Source of the DNA: Phycisphaerae bacterium
Lineage (GTDB): Bacteria > Planctomycetota > Phycisphaerae > UBA1845 > PWPN01
Direction of reading: 5' to 3'
Length of the DNA: 24,000 nucleotides
NCBI GenBank assembly: GCA_035477895.1
Contig: DATIKE010000542.1
Coordinates: 1-24,000 of the forward strand
Shown: positions 1 to 6,988 of the stretch, one piece after another
How the letters are laid out: each line of letters begins with the position of its first letter
Numbering within the stretch: position 1 is the stretch's first letter
Translations under genes and position numbers: made by a program
The notes under the pieces: model-generated
The model's input: the letters and a program-made list of their open reading frames with translations, nothing else
What the model was told of the DNA's origin: nothing
The model's database searches: none

Positions 1-401
1 GCCCGGGAGGACCGGGCATCGGCCACCAGGATGGGCCCCTCCAGCAGCTTGCCGTCCGGCCGGACCTGCCAGGCCTTGCCGTCCTTGACGAGTTCGCCGA
101 CGAAGCGATTGCGCCCGCGCTCGAGTATCTCGACGATCTCCCCCTCGACCCGGGCTCCCTCGGCCCCCATGCCCCGATGCGTGATTCGGGCGACCACGGT
201 GTCACCCGTGATCGCGTCCCGGCCGGCTCCTGGCGGAATGAACAGGTCCCCATACTCAGTGGGGGGGGCGGGCACGAGAAAACCGAACCCGCGCGGGTGC
301 TTGCGGAACAGCCCGACCACCCGATCCCGGGCGTCGGGGAACGAAACCGCCTCCCGCGGACCTGCCGGTCCGCGCCTGTCTCGTCGCGGTTGGACTTTCA
401 C
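1..401 (-). CDS. rnr: Ribonuclease R, N-terminal part (gene continues past the window start)
   Basis: My minus-strand translation from GTG at 401-399 gives VKVQPRRDRRGPAGPREAVSFPDARDRVVGLFRKHPRGFGFLVPAPPTEYGDLFIPPGAGRDAITGDTVVARITHRGMGAEGARVEGEIVEILERGRNRFVGELVKDGKAWQVRPDGKLLEGPILVADA... This matches the RNase R cold-shock-domain pattern (HPRGFGFL, D.FIP, A..GD.V, EG.IV.ILER, vG, V.PD). An in-frame TGA lies upstream at 428-426. It is absent from the ORF track because it runs off the edge. Confidence 0.65.
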   Translation of the reverse strand, partial: MKVQPRRDRRGPAGPREAVSFPDARDRVVGLFRKHPRGFGFLVPAPPTEYGDLFIPPGAGRDAITGDTVVARITHRGMGAEGARVEGEIVEILERGRNRFVGELVKDGKAWQVRPDGKLLEGPILVADARSSR

Positions 402-613
402 GGAAATGCTCCAGTAGGGTGTATTTCAGTCATGGAGACCAGATCAAACCATACCCGCTCCGCCGCGGCTTCGCAATGACCATCCCATAGGCGGCCCCGA
501 TGCGACGCCCCTGGCCGGCGGCCTGTCAGGAAACAATAATCCACCAGGTTATGTGCAGGTGCCGCGTTCGTTTCGTCCGACCATCCCGTGTTTTTGGCGA
601 ATGCTTCTTGCCT

Positions 614-659
614 TTGCACGGTCCCTGTTATATGCTATATTATGTAATTATGTAACATA
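614..659 (+). promoter_or_regulatory. Putative sigma70-type promoter and operator of the ArsR-family gene
   Basis: TTGCAC (614-619), 16-nt spacer, TATATT (636-641). A perfect tandem 8-mer TTATGTAA x2 follows at 640-655, and an 11-bp palindrome TATGT-A-ACATA at 649-659. A GGGGGA Shine-Dalgarno precedes ATG 679. The stretch is strongly AT-rich in a GC-rich context. Confidence 0.4.
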
Positions 660-678
660 GTATTATTGGGGGATCGGC

Positions 679-1209
679 ATGAAACAACGCACATCGACAT
701 CGCCCCGCCGGGGCGGCCGGGGCAGGAGAGTCCGGCCCCGAAACACACCATCGAAATCGGCCCGAACCGTGCGCAAGGCGGGGCAGGTCCTTCTGGCCGT
801 GGATCTGACGGTTCGTGTGGCCGACGGTTTCGACAAGGACCGGAGGCAGATTCGCCTGGCAGGGCGAGGACGGCCCTCGTCCGGCGGCAAGCCCCTGAAG
901 ACGCGGGACCGGCTGGCCGCCGCCAGAACGGTGGCCGCCGGTTGTCGGCCGGCCGACCTCGCCCGGCTGCTCGCCGCAATCGCCCATCCCCAGCGCATTG
1001 CCATGCTGCGAGAACTCCTGGCCGCCGAGGCATCCCACAAGACCCTGGCCAAGCTCAGCGGCCTCAAGCCCGGCCCGCTCTATTACCACATCCGTGAGTT
1101 GCGGACCGCCGGCCTTATTGGCCCGAAGGTTCGCGATCTGTACCTCCTGACTCGGAAAGGGCGGCGTCTCATCCTGGCAACATTGGCCTTGGGCAAACTG
1201 GTGCGATGA
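679..1209 (+). CDS. ArsR/SmtB-family winged-helix transcriptional regulator with a ~95-aa Arg-rich N-terminal extension
   Basis: C-terminal half LARLLAAIAHPQRIAMLRELLAAEASHKTLAKLSGLKPGPLYYHIRELRTAGLI is a typical ArsR HTH. G/C dominates codon position 3 along the whole ORF. SD plus AT-rich promoter lie upstream of ATG 679. An alternative GTG at 931 would give a canonical-length protein but has no SD. Confidence 0.75.
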   Translation: MKQRTSTSPRRGGRGRRVRPRNTPSKSARTVRKAGQVLLAVDLTVRVADGFDKDRRQIRLAGRGRPSSGGKPLKTRDRLAAARTVAAGCRPADLARLLAAIAHPQRIAMLRELLAAEASHKTLAKLSGLKPGPLYYHIRELRTAGLIGPKVRDLYLLTRKGRRLILATLALGKLVR

Positions 1210-1426
1210 AGGCCCCGGCTCAAAAGGGCCGTCGGCGAACTGTAACCGACGCCCAAGAGAAAAAGAGTCCGGCCCGTGGTTGCCGCCGCGACCGTGCGAC
1301 CGATGGGCAAGCACGGCCTGCCGATACCTTGTTCTGAGCCCCCCCGCCTTGACGTCCGATAATGTATGTTATGTTGCGTTCGCCGTCGCTCGGCCGAAAC
1401 GCACGTTCGGCGTACACACTGGGCGT

Positions 1427-2698
1427 CTAGGCCGGGACCAGGACGATGGCCCCCAGATGCCCACCGAACCCCATGGATACCTTGAGTATCGCCCCCGGGC
1501 CCAGCTTGAACGATTGCCTTGGGAGGCAGAGGTCGGCGAATGCGGAATCAGGCTCCAGCAGCGTGACCGTTCCCGGACAGTTTCGTTCCCTGGTGGCCAG
1601 CACCGCCAGGGCGGTCTCGACAGAGCCGGCACCGCCCAGGAGATGACCAATCGCGCCCTTGGCCGACACGATCGGTATCCGGGTTACATATTGGCCGAGG
1701 GCATGCCGCAGGGCGGTAGTTTCTACAAGATCGTTTGTGGGCGTGCCTGTGCCGTGGGCAAAAACAGCGGCTAACTGGGCCGGGCCGATCCGGGCCCGAT
1801 CCAAGGCTTTACGGATGACCGCGGCGACGGGTTCCGCGTCCGGCGTGGGCTGGGCCAGCCCGGCAGGATCGCTGCCGGCGGCGTAGCCGGCGATCCGCGC
1901 GAGGGGGCAAGCCCCCCGCCGGTGGGCGGATTCCGCGGACTCCAGAACCAGAACGGCAGCTCCTTCGCCGATGACAAAACCCTGTCGGGTCTGGTCAAAA
2001 GGCCGGCAGGCAAACCCGGGCCCCAGGGTTGGATGGGCCGGCGCCAGCACGCCCATTCGCTCGAAAGCGGCAAACCACAACAGCATGATCGACGCGTCGC
2101 TGCTGCCGGCCAGCACGATGTCCGCGTCGCCGTCCTCGATCCAGCGGGCCGCCTGAAGGATGGCCAGCGTGCCGGTCGCGCAGGCCCCCACCGTCGCATG
2201 AACGCCGCCGGTGATTCCATATCGATCTGCGACGGCCCGGGCCGCTGCGTCGGGTGGAATATCCGTGAGGCCCGCCAGCCGTGAAGCCGATATCCGGCCA
2301 CTCGCGAGGCTGTCGAGTACCCCGGAAAACGTGATGACGCCGCCCTTGCTGGTGCCGATGGAAACCCGGCAGCGATCGGCGGCAGGGCCCGCCAGTTCCG
2401 CCGGTTGCAGCCCCGCGGACCGGACGGCCTCCCCGGCCGCGGCCAGCGCGAAGCGAGTCACCCGGTCCGAGCCGGCCGCCTCGCACGAGCCGTCGAGCGA
2501 GGCCACGCCTGCCGCGAGCAAGAGGCTGGACCCACTAGAGGCCTTTCCCGTGTTATAATGTCCATTAACGCTTGAGGGTTCTAGTGATAAAAGACGTATA
2601 CAAGTGGCATTAGATAGCAACAGGCTCCACGTCCTGAGTGCCGTCCGCCCTGCCGGACTTATCGTGCCGACTCCGGTCACCAGGACAGTCGTGCTCAT
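1427..2698 (-). CDS. Beta-ketoacyl-ACP synthase, FabF/KAS-II-like
   Basis: MSTTVLVTGVGTISPAG...TW.LLL aligns with the FabF N-terminus. Active-site Cys in VGACATG. His-His in AHGTGTPTNDLVE and KGAIGHLLGGAG. C-terminal SMGFGGHLGAIVL. The track ORF extends to 3013 but that part overlaps bioB. I place the start at ATG 2698-2696, overlapping the bioB stop. Confidence 0.85.
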   Translation of the reverse strand: MSTTVLVTGVGTISPAGRTALRTWSLLLSNATCIRLLSLEPSSVNGHYNTGKASSGSSLLLAAGVASLDGSCEAAGSDRVTRFALAAAGEAVRSAGLQPAELAGPAADRCRVSIGTSKGGVITFSGVLDSLASGRISASRLAGLTDIPPDAAARAVADRYGITGGVHATVGACATGTLAILQAARWIEDGDADIVLAGSSDASIMLLWFAAFERMGVLAPAHPTLGPGFACRPFDQTRQGFVIGEGAAVLVLESAESAHRRGACPLARIAGYAAGSDPAGLAQPTPDAEPVAAVIRKALDRARIGPAQLAAVFAHGTGTPTNDLVETTALRHALGQYVTRIPIVSAKGAIGHLLGGAGSVETALAVLATRERNCPGTVTLLEPDSAFADLCLPRQSFKLGPGAILKVSMGFGGHLGAIVLVPA

Positions 2699-3786
2699 GG
2701 ACTCATCTGCGACGCGCAGGGCCGACCGGCGGACATCGGCGAGAGCACCGTCAGGGATCGCGCCGCCGCCGGGCCGGGCTCGCCGGCCGTCTGCCGGTAA
2801 CGCTTCATTTCCAGTCCCAGGTCCAGCACCATCCGATGGTCCGTCTCGGCCGCCCGCCCGCACGTCGTCAGGTAGTTGCCGACCAGGAAGCCGGTCGCGC
2901 CGGCCGCGAAGATCCAGCTCTGCATGTCCCGCAACTGGGTTTCGCGCCCCCCCGCCACGGTGATCAGCTGGTGAGGCAGGAGGAACCGGTATACGGCCAG
3001 GATCATGAGGCACTCGTTGGGCGACAGCGGAGGCAGGTTATCGAGCGGCGTGCCGGGAATGGGGATGAGGAAGTTGACCGGCACGACCACCGGGTCGAGC
3101 TCCCGCAGCTCAAAGGCCAAGTCCAGGCGGTCGGCCCAGGTCTCGCCCATTCCGAACAGCGCGCCGGTGCACAGCTCGACCCCGGCCGCCTTGAGGTGGC
3201 GGAGGGTTGCCAGCCGGTCGTCGTAGCCGTGCGTGCCGATGATGTTCGGGAAGTGCCGCCGGGACGTCTGCAGGTTGTGGTTGTAGCGGCGCACGCCGAG
3301 TTCCGCGAGCCGCCGGGCCTGCCGCTCGTTCAGAACCCCCATCGACGCCCCGACGCCGATATGCCCCTCCTCGGCGATCTGCTGGAACGTCGGTCCCCAG
3401 GCCTCGATCTCCGCGTCCGTCGGCCCCAAACCGCTGTTGACGATTCCGAAGCACAAGGCGCCGTTGGCCACCGCCTCGCGGCTGGCCCGGACGACCTCTT
3501 CGGCCTGCAGAACACTTTGTCCGGGGACGTGCGTCTCGTAGTGCGCGCTCTGGCTGCAGAACGCGCAGTCTTCGCTGCACTTGCCCACCTTGGCCGCCGC
3601 GATGCTGCAGCAGCGCACTTCCCGGCCCAGGTAGTGATCGCGAATCCGCGAGGCCCCGCAGCAAAGATCCAGCAGGTGATCATCGGTCACCTGCTCGATA
3701 ATGGATTCCGCCTGGGCCCGCGACAGCATCGTGCCGTTCAGAACCTGCCGGGTCAGTTCCCCAAAAACCTTTCCGATGTCCGACAT
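2695..3786 (-). CDS. bioB: Biotin synthase (radical SAM)
   Basis: CxxxCxxC radical SAM motif in GKCSEDCAFCSQS. Further BioB-like segments: YNHNLQTS, ELCTGALFGMGET, VPVNFLIPIPGTPL. ATG at 3786-3784. Confidence 0.9.
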   Translation of the reverse strand: MSDIGKVFGELTRQVLNGTMLSRAQAESIIEQVTDDHLLDLCCGASRIRDHYLGREVRCCSIAAAKVGKCSEDCAFCSQSAHYETHVPGQSVLQAEEVVRASREAVANGALCFGIVNSGLGPTDAEIEAWGPTFQQIAEEGHIGVGASMGVLNERQARRLAELGVRRYNHNLQTSRRHFPNIIGTHGYDDRLATLRHLKAAGVELCTGALFGMGETWADRLDLAFELRELDPVVVPVNFLIPIPGTPLDNLPPLSPNECLMILAVYRFLLPHQLITVAGGRETQLRDMQSWIFAAGATGFLVGNYLTTCGRAAETDHRMVLDLGLEMKRYRQTAGEPGPAAARSLTVLSPMSAGRPCASQMSP

Positions 3787-3840
3787 AGAGCATTCTCAAT
3801 ACAATGAAAAAAGGCCGCCTGGATTACCGGCGATACCCCG

Positions 3841-4230
3841 TCAGTGCCTGGACCGCTGGCCGGGCTGTTCACGTCCGGGTTGGCGATCCAATCGCTCCCT
3901 CTGCTCACGACGGAACCGTTCCATGTCCCTTGTCAGCCGCTCCAGGTCGACCTGTTGAATGAGTTCGATCTGTCCGGTGTGGACGTTGAACCCATAGGCG
4001 TTCATGAGGCCCGATTCTTTATTGAGGATCATAAGGAGTTCAGCCGTTTCGTCGAGCCGGGCGGTCGACACCAGGAAGTTGCCGACCTCGGCCGTCTGCC
4101 CCGCCGCCAGGGCCTGGCGAGGCAGTAGAGCGTTTGCCGCCAGCAGCGCAACCAGCAAAATCACCGCCGTCACACCGAGTACGGCGATGGCCAGGTCGCG
4201 GGTCGTGATCGCGCCTTGTTTCCCGGTCAT
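3841..4230 (-). CDS. Small membrane-anchored protein, paralog B (129 aa), function unknown
   Basis: ATG 4230-4228 is preceded by AAGGAGGG. N-terminal TM LAIAVLGVTAVILLVALLAANALL, then a domain alignable to the upstream paralog, then a charged tail. The track ORF start at 4410 is over-extended. Confidence 0.65.
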   Translation of the reverse strand: MTGKQGAITTRDLAIAVLGVTAVILLVALLAANALLPRQALAAGQTAEVGNFLVSTARLDETAELLMILNKESGLMNAYGFNVHTGQIELIQQVDLERLTRDMERFRREQRERLDRQPGREQPGQRSRH

Positions 4231-4541
4231 CGCTGTCCCTCCTTTCGGAACTCGCGGCTCAGGTCGCGGGTGGAGATGTAGATGATTTGCACGGGGTCGC
4301 CGATCTGGTGTGGGAACGGCGTCCGGAACGCGTGCAGCAACTGGTTCCGGGCGTCCAGGACATAGATCACGTCGTTGCCGATCTCGACCTGGCAGGCGAG
4401 CAGCCCCCACTCACCCGAGCCTGCGGCGGGCGCTTCCTGGGCGATCGCCGCCGGCGGCGGGCAGGCCACGAAAATCACTCCGGCCAGCAACAGTAGGTTC
4501 AGGCCGACCAGCGCCACGATCAACACGTTCCTGGGCAGCAT
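4227..4541 (-). CDS. Small membrane-anchored protein, paralog A (104 aa), function unknown
   Basis: N-terminal TM VLIVALVGLNLLLLAGVIFVA. Its stop overlaps the next start by 4 bp (ATGA at 4230-4227). GEWGLLACQVEIGNDVIYVLDARNQLLHAF aligns with GNFLVSTARLDETAELLMILNKESGLMNAY of paralog B. Confidence 0.6.
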   Translation of the reverse strand: MLPRNVLIVALVGLNLLLLAGVIFVACPPPAAIAQEAPAAGSGEWGLLACQVEIGNDVIYVLDARNQLLHAFRTPFPHQIGDPVQIIYISTRDLSREFRKEGQR

Positions 4542-4598
4542 CGTCAGCTCTCCCCGTTTATTCCGAGACCCGGTTCGACCGGCCCGCAGCCCGCGAAG

Positions 4599-4793
4599 TC
4601 ACTTGAGATTGGACCGTTTGGCAGGCTTGAAGGCCACCACGAGGCATCCGACCAGAAAAGCCGCCGCGATCAGCCACTCCATGGCCGACGACTTCGCAGC
4701 CATATCCTTGGGGGGTTCTTCCTCGTAGGTCTGGGCCAGCACCGGCCCCACCCAAAGCATCACACTCCATAACCCATGCATCAGTCGTAGCAT
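4599..4793 (-). CDS. 64-aa protein with predicted signal peptide and C-terminal TM anchor, function unknown
   Basis: MLRLMHGLWSVMLWVGPVLAQTYEEEPPKDMAAKSSAMEWLIAAAFLVGCLVVAFKPAKRSNLK. ATG 4793-4791 is preceded by GGGAGA and, 31 nt upstream, a perfect TATAAT. It is the C-terminal part of a 211-aa track ORF whose upstream part looks non-coding. Confidence 0.5.
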   Translation of the reverse strand: MLRLMHGLWSVMLWVGPVLAQTYEEEPPKDMAAKSSAMEWLIAAAFLVGCLVVAFKPAKRSNLK

Positions 4794-4824
4794 GTCCGTC
4801 TCCCGGCCTCGGTTCTCAGAAGGT

Positions 4825-4830
4825 ATTATA
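4825..4830 (-). promoter_or_regulatory. Candidate -10 element (TATAAT) for the small-protein gene cluster
   Basis: The minus strand reads GGCTTGCACTATAATACC. No convincing -35 at 17-18 nt (CTGTAT). Confidence 0.3.
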
Positions 4831-4939
4831 GTGCAAGCCCCGGTTTCATACAGCAGCCGGCAAACGCCCCACCTGCCGAAGCCCCGGCGACGGCATACAT
4901 CCTTTGCCGCGGCCGGAATGCCGGCAACAGACTTCTGTC

Positions 4940-5455
4940 TCATGGCAGGAGCGCCTCTACCGGCAGCGCGATGTCGCGGAAAAGCCGAGTCGGAACGCTG
5001 ACCGTCCCCCACCGAGTCGACCGTTTCCGGCAGTGCTGCTCGTAATCTTCCGACCGCACGGCCCAGAATACATACTCGTGCCCGCCGAACACGTGCGGCT
5101 GACCGGACGGTCGCCGCTTCTCCGGCTCCAGGAGCAGATAGGCGAACAGGAAGTACCCCGCGAAGTCGTCGCCGAAAACCGCTTCCCACTCCTGAAGGCC
5201 CCGCAGGTCTTCCTCGACGACCCAGTTCTCCCAACAGCGTTTGGAGCCGGTCGGGTCGAGGTATGGGAAATGCCGTCCCTTGACGTCAACGATCCAATGC
5301 CTGGAGCCGCCCGGGTAGACCAGGAAATCGAAAGACTTGATCTTCCGGCCGGCAAAGATGGCCTGCCGATGTTCGTTGACCGAAACGTATGGGATGCCCC
5401 GGCTGCGGAGGTAGTCCTGAAAAGCGTTCTCGTAATGTTGATCCCGCTTGGCCAT
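4940..5455 (-). CDS. PD-(D/E)xK nuclease-fold protein resembling the HYExAFE family
   Basis: N-terminal HYENAFQDYL resembles the HYExAFE signature as I recall it from RefSeq naming. SFDFLVY ... WIVDVKGR fits a D...(D/E)xK restriction-endonuclease-like core. Confidence 0.6.
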   Translation of the reverse strand: MAKRDQHYENAFQDYLRSRGIPYVSVNEHRQAIFAGRKIKSFDFLVYPGGSRHWIVDVKGRHFPYLDPTGSKRCWENWVVEEDLRGLQEWEAVFGDDFAGYFLFAYLLLEPEKRRPSGQPHVFGGHEYVFWAVRSEDYEQHCRKRSTRWGTVSVPTRLFRDIALPVEALLP

Positions 5456-5567
5456 GAGCCGAGCCCCGAATCAGCACATGGATGAATGAGCAGGAGGGAA
5501 CAGAGAATGAATGCTCCGTTTCCTCCCGTTCAAACCGTCTTTTCATCGACAACAGCTGCGACGCCCT

Positions 5568-6875
5568 TCACGCGACGTTCGGATCAGCCAGGAACCGATC
5601 GACCGGCACCTCGGTTTGCTCGCCGGTGTCGAGGCTTTTGACCGCGATGGCCCGCCGTTCGGCGTACTCGCTGCCGACGATGACCGCCCGGGTCGCTCCG
5701 AGCGCCGAGGCCTGTTTGAACTGCTTGCCGATCGCCTGCCGTTTGTAGCTGAACTCCGCCGCGTGCCCGGCCGCCCGCAACCTGGCCACCATCTCCAGAA
5801 CCGCGTCAAAATGTACCGCATCGGCGTCGATCACGAAGAAGTCCACCCGTTTGGACACCTTGGCCTCGGCCGGCAGTCGCCCCAACTCGTTCAGCAGATC
5901 GAGTATCACCACGTCGCTGGTTCCGAAGCCGATGCCGGACATCTGCGGTCCGCCGAGCAACTCCAGCAACTGGTCGTACCGCCCGCCGCCACAGATCGCC
6001 CGCTGCAGCCCGCCCCTGCCGAAGCCCTCGAACACCACGCCGGTGTAATACGCCAGCCCGCGAACCACGCCCATATCGAAGGCGCAGTAGTCAGCCACAC
6101 CCATCCTGCCGAGCAGTTCGAACAACTTCCTGATTCGCCGGACCTCCGCCTCCGCCTCCTCGTTCCCCTGAACCAGGCCGACGATTTCCTGAAGCCCCGC
6201 CTCGCCACGGGCCTGCGCGATCGCCTGCAGGTCAATCTGCTCGGCCTCGCTGCGCACGATCTTGCCCAGCAGTTCGGCATAGGCCTCTTCCGGCAGCTTG
6301 TCCCGCTTGTCCAGCACCATGTAGATGTCCTGGTGCCTCTCGGGCTGAAACCCACGGGCCTTCAGCAATGCCGCCAGCAGCGACCGCGAGTTGATCTTCA
6401 GCACCACGTCCCGCGCCGTCAGACCCACGTGTCGGAAGAAGTCCAGGATGACGAACATGCACTCCGCGTCCGAAACTACATCGTCGGTGCCGACGATATC
6501 GATGTTCCACTGGAAGAACTCGCGCAGCCGGCCGCGCTGCGGACGTTCCGCCCGGCACAGTCGGGGCACGCTGAACCACTTGATCGGCCGGGGCAGGGAC
6601 TGGGCTTTCGCGCAGATCATCCGGGCCAGCGTCGGCGTCATTTCCGGCCGGATCGCCAGTTCGCGGTCGCCGCGATCCTTGAAGTGGAACAGTTCGGAGA
6701 CGATCCCCTCGCCGCTCTTGGCCTTGAACAGATCCAGGTACTCGAAGATCGGCCCGTCGTATTCCTCGAACCCGTTACGCAGCGACACCGCCCGCCAGCC
6801 GCCGGCGATCCAGTTCCGGATCGCCATGTCTTCCGGGTAAAAGTCACGTGTTCCCTTGACAGCTTGAAATTTCAT
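5568..6875 (-). CDS. hisS: Histidine--tRNA ligase
   Basis: MKFQAVKGTRDFYPED, RPEMTPTLARM, RLCRAERPQRGRLREFFQWNIDIVG, GGGRYDQL are class II HisRS motifs. The canonical N-terminus sets the start at ATG 6875. The track start at 6944 is a GTG extension. Confidence 0.9.
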   Translation of the reverse strand: MKFQAVKGTRDFYPEDMAIRNWIAGGWRAVSLRNGFEEYDGPIFEYLDLFKAKSGEGIVSELFHFKDRGDRELAIRPEMTPTLARMICAKAQSLPRPIKWFSVPRLCRAERPQRGRLREFFQWNIDIVGTDDVVSDAECMFVILDFFRHVGLTARDVVLKINSRSLLAALLKARGFQPERHQDIYMVLDKRDKLPEEAYAELLGKIVRSEAEQIDLQAIAQARGEAGLQEIVGLVQGNEEAEAEVRRIRKLFELLGRMGVADYCAFDMGVVRGLAYYTGVVFEGFGRGGLQRAICGGGRYDQLLELLGGPQMSGIGFGTSDVVILDLLNELGRLPAEAKVSKRVDFFVIDADAVHFDAVLEMVARLRAAGHAAEFSYKRQAIGKQFKQASALGATRAVIVGSEYAERRAIAVKSLDTGEQTEVPVDRFLADPNVA

Positions 6876-6988
6876 TGGTCGAGATTGTATGGAGGCGGCG
6901 CATGGTGAGCAACCTGGTGTCGCTTTCCGGGGGAGTCTGCCCACGGACTTGGATTTTCAAGCCGTGCCTCCCGCAGTACCATGACTGC

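Noticed and set aside
398-619. 73-aa minus-strand ORF in the rnr / ArsR-gene divergent region
   Set aside because: No SD, no recognisable motifs, and it lies in the promoter region between divergent genes. It is in a different frame from rnr.
2699-3013. N-terminal 105-aa extension of the ketosynthase ORF
   Set aside because: It overlaps the bioB 3' end in another frame and its sequence is low-complexity. The FabF-type N-terminus MSTTVLVTGVG begins at ATG 2698.
2638-3807. 389-aa plus-strand ORF covering bioB
   Set aside because: It is antisense to a clearly recognisable bioB. The Arg/Gly/Pro-rich translation has no motifs, which is typical of a shadow ORF in GC-rich DNA. The same reasoning applies to 5511-6908 (+, opposite hisS), 7384-8301 (-, opposite cca), 14580-15674 (+, opposite the radical SAM gene), 15881-17428 (-, opposite rsmB), 19403-20557 (-, opposite spoVG) and 9137-9745 / 10565-11110 (-, opposite the ABC exporter).
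5493-5526. Hairpin GGAGGGAAC...GTTTCCTCC, 42 nt downstream of the hisS stop
   Set aside because: On the hisS (minus) transcript the stem has an A-C mismatch and no U-tract. On the plus strand it pairs fully but there is no upstream plus-strand gene. Too weak to call a terminator.
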